The notes beneath the pieces were generated by a model, which was not told the origin of the DNA, made no database searches, and saw only the letters and a program-made list of their open reading frames with translations. A stretch of DNA of 63,152 nt, filler included, from Diploschistes diacapsis (lineage: Eukaryota), in NCBI GenBank assembly GCA_023645945.1. It is 7 parts of 7 records of this genome, joined end to end, with 100 filler letters (N's around TTAATTAATTAA, not from the genome) between each part and the next. Parts side by side here need not be neighbours in the genome. Positions count along the whole stretch, not along the records: positions 32,913 to 58,031 come from JALAIB010000220.1; positions 58,132 to 60,592 come from JALAIB010002200.1; positions 60,693 to 63,152 come from JALAIB010002201.1; 4 more parts are not named here. The stretch is one strand, 5' to 3'. This document shows, in pieces, positions 50,277-61,178 of this stretch. Within the stretch, counting starts at the first letter, position 1. Each line of letters starts with the position of its first letter. A program made the position numbers and the translations under genes.

Positions 50277-51154
50277 TCAAAAGATGGGCAGGAGGAGAAG
50301 GGACAGGCGTGGGGGAGGAATATGGTTAGGTGAAAGGGCGTGTGAGACTGGTGTCTGAACAGCGTTTTCGTCACCCCTTGATAACCTACCAGGTAGGTTG
50401 CTCTTCGACTAATGTATGATGTGTGATGTTTACTTTCACAAGACTAGATCCTGCTCGCCCTATGATTCTAATCCCTCCAATCATATATCTTTGTTTGGGT
50501 ACGTTTGGCAACTGAGGCTCCTAAAGCAGAGGTAGTTGAAGGCTAAGATGGTTTAAAGAATGGATAGGGTGAGCACCGCGTCGAATTAATGTCCAAATGG
50601 GGATTGAGATGCTGCTGACCTCCTGAAACCCTACGAACGAGGCATGTGACTGGTATGGAAGGTAGATATTAAAGCTTAACTGCAGCTCCCCGTGTCCGTG
50701 GCTAGGGGGAGTTCATATACTCCAACAAGCCGAAAAGGTTCCAGCCTAGGACAAACCAGCATCCTGCTTTTCAATGCTACCTTCATTAGCCAGATCATTT
50801 AAGCGACATGTGGTTGCTGTGATACGGAATGGATTAGAGGAAAGCTGCAAAGATTTGAAGCCGTGCTACTAGCCTGAAACGGCGATTTAAAGCCACACTT
50901 CCTTTTCTAGGTATGCCAATCAACACCTACTAGGTATAGGTATGCTATAAAACCTCCTCAAAGGTATACCATCTTCAGGCGATGGTCTACAGGAGATCAT
51001 CTTCTAGTGTTGCTTCGTTGTTTCGGTCGCCTGAAAGCTTCCATAGCATATCAAACACCTATACACCGATTCTGGTCTCAAGTTTGTGGACGTACATCCC
51101 ATGTCCCGCGCAGTCTCATCGGAAGCTAGGACTATACGACGATAGCCGCTGAAG

Positions 51155-54100
51155 ATGAGATCAAAAGCCGCTGAACGTTTCGTGGAACCGGCATTAGGGA
51201 AAGGTGTGTACTTGTAGTATCGAAAGTGCATGCTAAGTGAGAGCTAATAGGAATTAAGAAATCATACTTCAATCTAGAGCCGATTCTGTATTTGACGGAC
51301 TAGTTCCCCAACTTGATGTATCTTCTCCGAACGATGTGCCTGAATTCCAACAAGTCGTTTTTAAAAGCACTACGTCTGCTCGGAGTTATGCATCGTGCCT
51401 TATTGGCAGCTGAAGGTCCTCAACAAGTGAACCAAGCGCTCCATACCTCAAGCAACCGGACCCTTGTTGATGGATCGCTCGGTCTCATCTCTCTCGAAGG
51501 AATCTACCCCTACTTACAACCAGGCGTCGGTGTGCCCGTCGAGTCCCGAGTAAAACCACTTCTACAAAATGGCATTGTTGGTACCACTATCGAGGTGCAA
51601 AGCCCTCCGCAACGGCTTCAAGCTTCTTCACTTCCGTGGCGTTGCAGCTCACCAAGCTAGCTGTCGGCGAGCTAAAAGGGCTTGTCAGTATTCTACTGAA
51701 AGAATTGTTGTTGATATCCTTGCGGCATTCTCGCAACTCACCTTTGGCACACATACCGGTTCATTGTCTCGGCTTTTTTCCGCCCCCGATTTTGATGAAT
51801 TTCGTAGCTAGGTACATCTATTACCGATGTTTTGCAAGCCGTCTTCAAGCCCATCTAAGGTGGCTGCAGTATACCGGTTGCGCCTCTATTTCCTGCTTTA
51901 TGTCTCTTATCCACCATAATGCTCCCTTCTAGCTCAAATCTCCTATCTCTACTTCATTATCTCTTTTGCCGATGCGGTCTGGTGGTGTACGCCAGATAAT
52001 CTACTTCGTTTCGAAGTCAACCCATGGAGCCGTTGCCGAAAGGAGTGAAGCCAAGCCTCGAATCTATTGTCCCTCAAGGCTTTGAACCATATCACGAGGC
52101 TGTTGTCTTCCGTGCCATGATCTGCGTGGGCAAATAATTTCTTTCCTACAATTTCAATTGAGCTACTGAGTTTGCTAGATGATACCGACAAAACCCTGCA
52201 ACAAATGGCAGCCTTCGTAGTCAATCAAGGGATCCTCAGTCGTAGAGCTATTGAAGCGCCTGGTACCCGGGGCTGGAGCAACCTGGTCGAGCCTCTCTTT
52301 GATATTATCAGACCAAGAGCGCAGCAGGGTGCACAGTCGGGACCTGTGACCCTCGTACAGTCACAAGGCCTTCGAGTGGCGGTTCCGGAAACTCTCAAAG
52401 ATAATTTTGTCTCATCCTAACCCAGAGCTTACAAAACGTCTGATGAGTCCTTTGTTGCTTCTCATGTGGCCTATACACAGTGAAGCCCGAAGGGTATCTG
52501 AAAAAATCGAAACAACTACTACAGTGCTAAACGGCTTCTGCAACAAACAGGTGGGTTTCTGGGCTTCATCAATCTCCTTAACAATCCTTGTTGGGACGGC
52601 CAACCCCAATGGCGGTACAGCTTGGATGTCTCGAACCACGTTGAGATTGTTCCACGTCTTAGACATGGACCTCAAAAGGTTATGCAGTTGCGTTGTTCGA
52701 GTTGACCATGAGGAGGGTGCAACTTGTTTCGTTGAGCTCCTAGAGAGTTCGTCAAATGTCAAAGATACGGGCAATATTTTTTTTTCACGTACTCAAAGGA
52801 TGACTTGAAGGTGGCATAACAAGTGAAGAAACAATTGAAGATATACTCCTACAGTCTTTTATTTACCCGCTGGTTGTCCAGCAATTGATCGCCAGACAAA
52901 GATCGAAGATTGTTTCGGAGCCTTCGCAAATTATTGAGCTTGTCTATGAGAGCTTGAATGTGTGCATATAACAGAATGCTAGGGATCGAACAATGCGGGA
53001 GGCAGAGACGCTTGACTGGAACTTATTTGGTTCAACAACCCGAGTTACCCAGCCGGTCAAAATGTCTGGCGAGGAACAATGGGAGTCTGAGGAGGCAGTG
53101 TCCATCTGTTCGAATTTGCTGACGATGCTCTTACCGAATCCTGAGCAACAACCAGAACCAACTTCAAAGGCGGCGGGCGAAAATCTACGCTCCACGCTAT
53201 TTGTCATTGTCCCCAAATCAGAGGATTGTCGCGCTCATCGGCGACGTCTCCACAGGAGTTATTGTCTCGGTTTCAACCGAAGCCCAGCACGCAACAGTCT
53301 TGCTCGAAAATATTACAAATCTGCCGTCGGATAGAAACGCTGCACAATACAGCCATGAGCAACCTGACTGCGCGCCCAAGTTCCCATCCGAGCTCGGCGG
53401 ATCTCACAGCTCGAATCACTCATCAATCCAAGGTCCTTCGTGATCTCAGTACCCTATCGCTCGGCGATCACTCTCATCTTGATGATTCAAGACGAAGAGA
53501 GCTTCGTGTATCTTTCCGCCGTCAAGGCACTTGCATCTCCAGCACGCCTGGACGCCGTTGCCGTAACGAACCAATCGATCGACGTATACCAAGACCATCT
53601 CGAAGAGCCATCTTTAGACGCCCGACTGCGCGTGGGACAAGCAATGCAGTCCATCATCCAAGAGCTCGGGCCCGCGTTATCGCAGCAGGCTGGAGACAAG
53701 CTTAGCAACGCACTGCTCCGAATCGCATCGCAAGACGGCGGAGCTCGTGGCCAACAGCCCATGCCAAGCGCAAAGGCGAAGATGGAACGAGCGCCGGAAA
53801 AAAGGAAACGTTCCTAAAAGTAAATAAGGCACCGACGTCGCCCAGTTTCTCTGGCTCACACTCCGAGACCGAAGACCTGCGCTCCCAAATGCGCGTAACA
53901 GCCCATGCTAGAAGGCTGGCAGGGACGACCCAGGCGAAGAAGACGTTCGCGCTCGAGCCAGCGCGCTGTCTATCTTCGGTGCAGTTCTCGAACACGGCGG
54001 TCCCGGCATGGTGGGGCGAGTATAATACCTCGACAATTTTGGATGTGCTTCACAACGCCCTTAAAGGCGATCCTGCGCAGGGCAGCCGTGCTGGATTTCC

Positions 54101-54400
54101 TGTCTGTACTCCCAGGCCCTGAGTGCCTCGAGTGACCATGTCGGATCCATGGGCAGTGTCGGCGGCGCCGGAAGGAACGTTGATGATATGGTGGCGTTGC
54201 TGCAGCACCTAAAGACTGCAGACAGACACGAGACTGTAAGAGGTCACGCGGACAGCGTGCTTGAGAGCCTGGAGGCTTGGAGGGAGGAGATGCTGCAGAG
54301 GATGATTGCGAGGGAAGCGATTAGGTTTGGGCTGGAGGGAATTGTTGGAGATTGAGAGGGATCGAAGTCCGATGTGGGTGGTGAGGTTAGTAGGGGAAGC
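51155..54400 (+). pseudogene. RTP1: Fragmented RTP1/TANGO6-like (RNA polymerase II assembly factor) pseudogene; boundaries approximate
   Basis: Pieces in different frames: LISLEGIYPYLQPGVGVP, QDEESFVYLSAVKAL..LDARLRVGQAM, RRAAV, VRGHADSVLESLE. Many frameshifts and in-frame stops (for example TAG at 51930-51932). Confidence 0.8.
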
Positions 54401-54768
54401 CGTACGATGGCCGAAGATTGGAGAGGTTGGGGTGAAGACAATAAGAGTGTACAAGGGTAGGCATGGGAGACTGTTCTATACCAGGAAACCATGCGCGATG
54501 TTCGCTGAGGAGTCCCAGGTGGCCGAAGCGAGGAGCGAAAAGGCAATGAGTCGCTCCTTGACTGCGCTGACAGTTGGCGACAAAGCCTCCTCTATTCTTC
54601 CCAAGAATCGCACCGCATTTACAATCACTCTCAGCAATGAATGACTAAAACTGCAAAATTGTACGGCGTTTTGCTGAGCAAACAGAAAGTAATGACATTT
54701 GTTCATCACACTTGCTCGCTAGCACGCTCACAGAGACTGGGATAGTTGGCGTCAAATCCTCGAGCTTG

Positions 54769-55972
54769 TCATGAAATCTTAACAGTCATTTTGCCGAAGT
54801 GGTTTTGTCCCCACTCGAAAAAAAGTCAGCCTCGTGTCAAGCAAACAATCGCACCGTACAATAACTCACCATGTGCTCATAAGCCTTCTTCAAATCCTTC
54901 CAGTCAAATTCCGCCTCATCCACGACCGGCTTGATGCCATTCGCCTCAATGGCTTTATTCATATCCTCGAACATCGTCCTCGACCCTACCATCACACCCC
55001 GAATAGTACACAGGTTCAGCAGTGGGCTCATGATCGTCGGTCCTCCCTCGGTCCCACCAACGAAGCCGATGAGCGAGATTACGCCCTCGCATTTGATGCC
55101 CTTGAGCGCTTGCTCCATGGACTTTGTGCCGCCGACTTCGATAACGATGTCAACACCCTCGCCGCCAGGGGTGAGTTTCTTGGCGCTCTCGCCCCAGTTC
55201 GTATCCGTCTTGTAGTTAATAATGTGGTCAGCGCCCAGCTGCTTCAGCTGCGCGGCCTTGGAGTCGGAGGAGGTGGTGGCGATTACGTTGCAACCAGCTG
55301 CTTTGGCGAACTTGGAATGCAGAGTCAGCCTCACTCACGGACACCTTACCAGCGGTGCCAGGCCACTCGAGATGAAGCCACGCTTAAAACAAAACGTACC
55401 TGAATCCCAAACGTGGAAACGCCTCCCGTTCCCTCTGTGAGCACCCACTGCCCCGGAATTATTGCCTTGCTCTGTAATCCATACAACGCATTCCACGCCG
55501 TCAGCGCCGCACAAGGCAACGTGCTGCCCTGCTTGAAATCCAGACTCTTCGGCAAGCTGACCAGCCCATACTCGCCAAAAACCCCATACTCCCTCAACAC
55601 GCCGTCCATCCCTCCGCCCAGTGTCTCGAGAGCCATATTTCCCTGCAAGGGCCCGAATTGATGCAGGGGCCCGAACTACGTGAGGACCTTGTCGCCGGCC
55701 TTGAAGCGGGTGACTTGCTCCCCCACGGACACGACTGTGCCTGCGCCATCGGAGCCGGGCACAACATTCTCACGCACAGGGAGAGGATACAGGCCTTTGG
55801 GGATGATGAGGTCTCGGTAGTTGAGGGAGGCATAGTGCATGTGCACGAGGACATCGTGGGAGCCGATTTTGGGAACAGGCGTGGAGGATTCGAAATGTAG
55901 CGAGTCGAAGCCGCTTCGGCCCTTGATTACCCATTGGGCAGTAGAGGTGGGCAACTGCGTCGATTCCGACAT
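54769..55972 (-). pseudogene. MDR-family (zinc-type alcohol dehydrogenase-like / NADPH:quinone reductase-like) gene with an in-frame TAG at 55676-55678
   Basis: ASLNYRD, PGSDGAG, TLPCAALTAWNAL, GTGGVS, HFGK. Introns 55311-55399 and 54814-54869. Reads DKVLT*FGPLHQ. Confidence 0.8.
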
Positions 55973-56696
55973 TTTGTCGAGGCAGGAGCTTTGAAGGTTC
56001 AGCTGGAGTCGGAGACGTTGAAGAAGAAAGACTTGGAGCTCGAGATGTCCGGCGGCATTTATAGAAATTGAGGCCCCGGCTTCGATAAATCATCCCACGT
56101 TATCTGGAGCGATGAGTGATCCGAGTTGACAGGGTGGTTGGTTGCATCAGGCATGGCAGGTTTTGACCGATTGTCCCAATGGGCGGGCATGACATCACCC
56201 AACACAACCAAAAACTTATTCAGAGTTGAGAAGGCGAACTCTTTGTTCTCAGAATAACGTCTGATTGCTTCCATGATGGCAGAGTATGAGGGAAAGAGGC
56301 CCCCTCTGAAAGATTCGTTACAGAGTAGAAACTCTAAAGGATATGATGGGGTTGACTCTCTCCCCCCTGACGTGCCTCCCATTGGATAAATCGAACGTCT
56401 ATCATGTTTAGGGCTGAGAATCAGATTCGAAATCAGCAACGAGATCGGGCTTCGTGTATCATGGTCAAGCTGCTTATACTACATGCATTGAGAGATAGAA
56501 GTGAATAGTTCGGTTGATGACAATTGTATCTACCGGAGCAGACCGCTATTAGCGGCACTGCTTTGAAATCCGCTCGAGGATGTGGCTTACAAAGACAGGT
56601 CTCGGAGCTAGATAGCAAATCCAGATTCTAGGACAGCTTCCTTCCCACATTTCCGTCTGATAACTAACCATATATCTCTTCGGTTCCTGCAGCAGC

Positions 56697-57100
56697 CTAG
56701 CCAGGGCACACCCCCGCCGGTACTGTCGTGGTCGTCACTGCACAGCCCGTGCGACACGTCGATGTTGGACAAGGCAAAACGGTCGTAACGGTGGGGGTGT
56801 GTTGACAGAACATGGGCAGAGGCGGACAAGATCCCGTAACAGTTTCGAGGACGATGCATTGGGGTTCAATGCACATGGTTGGGGTCTTGGCCGGGGCTGG
56901 CGTAGGACAGGGCGGCGTCCGAGTGGACGTCACCGTTATCGGGCAGGACGGAGAGCTTGTGGAAGCAACTTTGGCAGCTTCGCCAGCCGGCATGGCGAGA
57001 GCCGCTGATAGAGAGCTAGTGATGATCGTAAGCTGCTTTGCAATGCTGTCTGAGTGGACGGCTTGGTAGCTTACCGGAGAAGAAGCAAGGAGCAACGCAT
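56697..57100 (-). CDS. Small secreted Cys/Thr/Pro-rich protein (114 aa, 10 Cys in the mature part), 2 exons
   Basis: ATG at 57100; intron 57016-57074 (GTAAGC..CTTAC..TAG) gives the signal peptide MRCSLLLLRSLSAALA in frame with the Cys-rich ORF. Confidence 0.75.
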
Positions 57101-58131
57101 GCTGCCTGGTTATGCCTGCTTTGTTAGAGAAGTGAAGGGAGCGACTTAGGGATGGCACAGGATCATGGGCCGCAAAGGCCCCTTTAAGAGGTCCTCTCAA
57201 CCTTGCTCACCATTCTTCATCCCGCTCGCGGCTCGCTCCAGATCTCTTCTGGTAGCCACGATGAACCTCACACACGGCCCCAATGGGTTGTCGCACAGCG
57301 TTCGACCCAACGTATGTGTTCAATCAGCAAGAGTGAAACCCGGCAGTCTTTCGTCTACATTGCCCTTCTTTGGTCTAGGATACTGCTCGCACTTGGCGGA
57401 AGTGGATAAACGTGGCTTGCGCGCACGGCACACATGGACGCCTACACATCTTCCCAATCAAGGTCCGGGCGGAAAACCTGCTGCCGTAGGCGACCCGTAC
57501 CGTCGGTGCGAAGATACGAAAGTCCTCGAGGTCCAAAAAGGTCGAGATCTTCTCTTACCCTGTAACAAAGGAGGTGGTTTGTCCTGGGTGAGTTTTGTCG
57601 TCGAGTGAGTGGGTCGCAGCAACCCCCTCGTGCTGGGTTCTTTTTTGTTGGCTAGTGCAATACACGTGCTCTGTTCTCGCCCCTTCAGGCACGAAAAACA
57701 AAAACCCCTGTTCAATGCAACGTACGACGGGGAGAACACGTTTCTCCGTTTTTTTCAGGGAGTATGCCTCATTTAGTTCTTCATAATGCTGAGAGACGTG
57801 ATCTTACTGCCTGTTTAAAAAAAAAAACACTCCGAGGCTACAAGCCTGCGCTGCTGAGCCCCATCGGAAAGCATTCGATATTCTCAACGAATTAATCTGT
57901 AATAAACGATTCGGTAGAACACTCCGAATACGCAGTCCCCGCAGAACCAACTCTGCAGTCAAAAGCAATGGGAATGCCGCCCCTAAACACCCCCCACCCC
58001 CTCAACGAAGTAAACTAAGTAGCCACTGGACNNNNNNNNNNNNNNNNNNNNNNNNNNNNNNNNNNNNNNNNNNNNTTAATTAATTAANNNNNNNNNNNNN
58101 NNNNNNNNNNNNNNNNNNNNNNNNNNNNNNN

Positions 58132-58642
58132 ATAAACAAATCTACCCGGTTATAAAATAAATATTTAATACAAACATTATTTACGGCTAGAATTAAATAA
58201 CATACTCGAAACGGAACAAGCCCTTTCTATCTCCTTTATAAAATAAAACTTTACCTACCGAACGATCCGAATAAGATACGTTTTAATAAACTCGAACCGA
58301 ATTTAACAAAATAATTCAATCGAATTTAAAAAATTCATACCGTACGCGCGATAACTAATAAAAAATTAATAAACAAGGCTATTAAACATTAAATAATACG
58401 AAATAATACCGTAAAAAAACACGACTTTTAAATAAAATAATACGTATTATTACACAATAAAAATCATAAAAAATTCAAATCGAATTAATACGACCCGTTT
58501 AAAATTTTATAAATTCATATTTTAAAAACGTACGCCCTAGAAAAACCAAATAAAAAGATCTTAAAGAATCTAATTCACGATAATAAACTCGTACGCGCTT
58601 ACGACTATAAAAATTTAAATAAAACGTAATAAAGCATAAAAG
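58132..58642 (+). mobile_element. Heavily RIP-degraded Gypsy integrase C-terminal fragment
   Basis: Reads KKFKSN*YDPFKI, consistent with a RIP-mutated WYGPF motif; extreme A-richness. Confidence 0.65.
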
Positions 58643-58979
58643 TGTTATGATCTCTATCTATACAAGGTATACACGAGTAGGATCAAGGTGGGTTTGGTCT
58701 CTGTTAGAAGAGGAGTGTGGCAGGAGAAGAAGATAAAGAAGTTATAGGTCTTAAACTCCCTCTAAAAAGAAGGTTTTAAAATGATAGAAATAACGAATAT
58801 AAATTAATCCCGAATAATAATTAAAGATATTTATAAAAATAAACACGTTTTTTTTTACGAAGATAGAGTCGTGTTTATATATAATTAACTCGCTCGCCGT
58901 TTATCGCAAGTTTAACGAACGGTGCCCTCAAGATTCGCCGCTTATAAGAATAAGCGCGATCATCGAGCGGTGGCGAAAG
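58643..58979 (-). mobile_element. Family A LTR interrupted by a second family A element
   Basis: Starts TGTTATGATCTC, follows 61179-61514, then breaks at another TGTTATGATCTC. Confidence 0.88.
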
Positions 58980-60592
58980 TGTTATGATCTCTATCTATAC
59001 AAGGTATACACGAGTAGGATCAAGGTGGGTTTGGTTTCTGTTAGAAGAGGAGTGTGGTAGGAGAAGAAGATAGATCAGTTATAGGTCTTGGACTGTTTCT
59101 AGAAAGAAGGTTCTTTAATGATAGAAGTAACGAATATAAATTAATCCCGAATAATAACTAAGGATATTTATAAAAGTAAACACGTTTTAGATTTATAAAG
59201 GCCATAACGACGTTCTTATATAATTAACAGCTCTTTTAATAAAATAAATAAATAAATGAATAAAATTACCGTTCTTTTTTTCTATTTACGATCGGGTAGA
59301 ATAATCTTCCAGACCTTTTATTCATTACGTGACCCGCGTCACCCTAATTGGACTATATATAAAGAATGGTTGGGAAGTGCCCGACTAATTATTGCGTGTT
59401 AAGTACTACCGATTAATACTTTGGATCGTAATATTATTTCTTTTTTTTAGCTTTGTCGGCCCGATAAGCACCGAAAAATTAATATAAGTATTAAATAAAA
59501 GAGAATCTTAAGTCGTAAGACAGCGATGTTTTTTTTATCTTCGATATAAAAGAAACGTTTAGGTTTTATTATTCGTTTTCGGGGTTTCCTGGACATATTA
59601 TTTTATAATTATTGTTTATTCTTTTACGATTATATTAGGATGTTTTCGATCTCGGTAAAGTATGCTCGTTATATTGAGTCCGATAGGAAGGATTGCGTTT
59701 TTATTATATGAAAAGTAATTGAACGGACCATCTTTTCGAAAAGAAACGAGATCGAGAAAGATGAGAAGCTTGTTGACGAGGATAATGAATAAAAAAAAGA
59801 ATTAAAAAAATAACTTCGTGAGGTTAAAGATTGTCGTTTTTAGCGTAAACGTCGTATTCGTTGTAATCGAAAGGTTCTTAAACTAACAGAAGATCGCGCG
59901 GACGCGTAAGCGAAATATTTAACAAAGGAGTTGGATTTAGAATCGTCCGAGGCGTACGCGAACGCTTAAGAAGGCGTACTTTCGGAGTTCGATTTAGAAT
60001 TATTAAAACTAGCCGTAATGTCGCCGGTTTAGTTAAATTAATTTTTAAAGGATAAGGTTCTTATCCTTCTAGATTAAATAAGTCTGCGATATTCCTTTAT
60101 CTTATTTCTATAATTGCTCAAATTTTCTAAAGATTCCCACGTGTTTTATTCTGATGGGTATCCTTTTTACTTAACGAGGAATCTTTTGGGGCTATTATCT
60201 AGAATTCTTTTAACTTTATATTCTTTTTCGTTATTTGGTTCGAAATAGAAGGTTTCTTATAACGGTATGTTTAGATATGCTGATTCGAGGTATCGGGAAT
60301 GAAATATTGGGTAAACTTTCGCGTTTTTTGGTAATTTAAGTCGATAATTAACTCGTTTGATTTCGTTCGGTATAACGGATTGTTTATCGATAAAAAAAAG
60401 TCCGATCTTGACGTAATCGAATTTTTTAAAAGGTTTACGTATTTTGAGGTTATCCGTGTATAAATAAATCTTATCTTTTTTTTTTAATTGAGGATTCTTT
60501 TTTAAGATTCTTATTCTTTTAATATCGTTTAATGATTCGTTGTTTAGCGATTGTGTATTTTAAACTTTCTTAATTTTTTTGTGTTTGTTATT
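58980..60592 (-). mobile_element. Gypsy family A copy 3: 3' LTR 58980-59433, PPT, antisense ORF 59526-60077, chromodomain and integrase end
   Basis: Reverse complement of 60070-60592 matches ~28065-28540; LTR ends conserved. Confidence 0.92.
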
Positions 60593-60894
60593 NNNNNNNN
60601 NNNNNNNNNNNNNNNNNNNNNNNNNNNNNNNNNNNNTTAATTAATTAANNNNNNNNNNNNNNNNNNNNNNNNNNNNNNNNNNNNNNNNNNNNCAATAGGA
60701 TCCACTAAGCCCTATAGACTTGCACTACTCCCGATTAGGATTAGCAGGAACCCCAGTAGGTTCAGCTGAACTGAACCTGAACCTGAGGTTCAGCTGAACT
60801 TCCCAGCCATGCATTCTGCCTGCCTGCTCAACACTAATTAATAAAAGTTAAGTAATAGATTGGCCGTATTCTGGCCAAGTATAAGCAAAACATT

Positions 60895-61178
60895 CTAGAT
60901 TTAGTAAGTATCGATATCTGTAAACCCTTTTTAAGGTCATTTAATAATAATTAATATTTTAGAAAAATTGTCGATAATTACTCGCGAAGAATTTGATTTA
61001 TTCTTTATAAAACTCGGAAGGATATTATTTATATTTTATAATTCTAGAAAATGAATGTAGAATTTTAAAACGATAAGTAATTGAAAGCGATGCGTTTCGA
61101 TAATGTATTTAAATTAATTTCTATAATCGAGGATTGAGGGAGAAATTTAAGAATTTAGATGGAATCGATAGTATTATA
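60895..61178 (+). mobile_element. RIP-degraded Ty1/Copia integrase core fragment, interrupted by a Gypsy LTR
   Basis: Reads LDLVSIDICKPF..IVDNYSRRI*F..LKAMRFDNV, consistent with RIP-mutated DICGP, DNYSR and RSDN motifs. Confidence 0.8.

Noticed and set aside
36105..55972. Secondary metabolite cluster (esterase, SDRs, MDR)
   Set aside because: No PKS, NRPS, terpene cyclase, transporter or pathway regulator; the genes are interspersed with housekeeping genes.
32913..58031. Starship or other giant transposon cargo
   Set aside because: No tyrosine-recombinase captain or recognisable boundaries within the contig.
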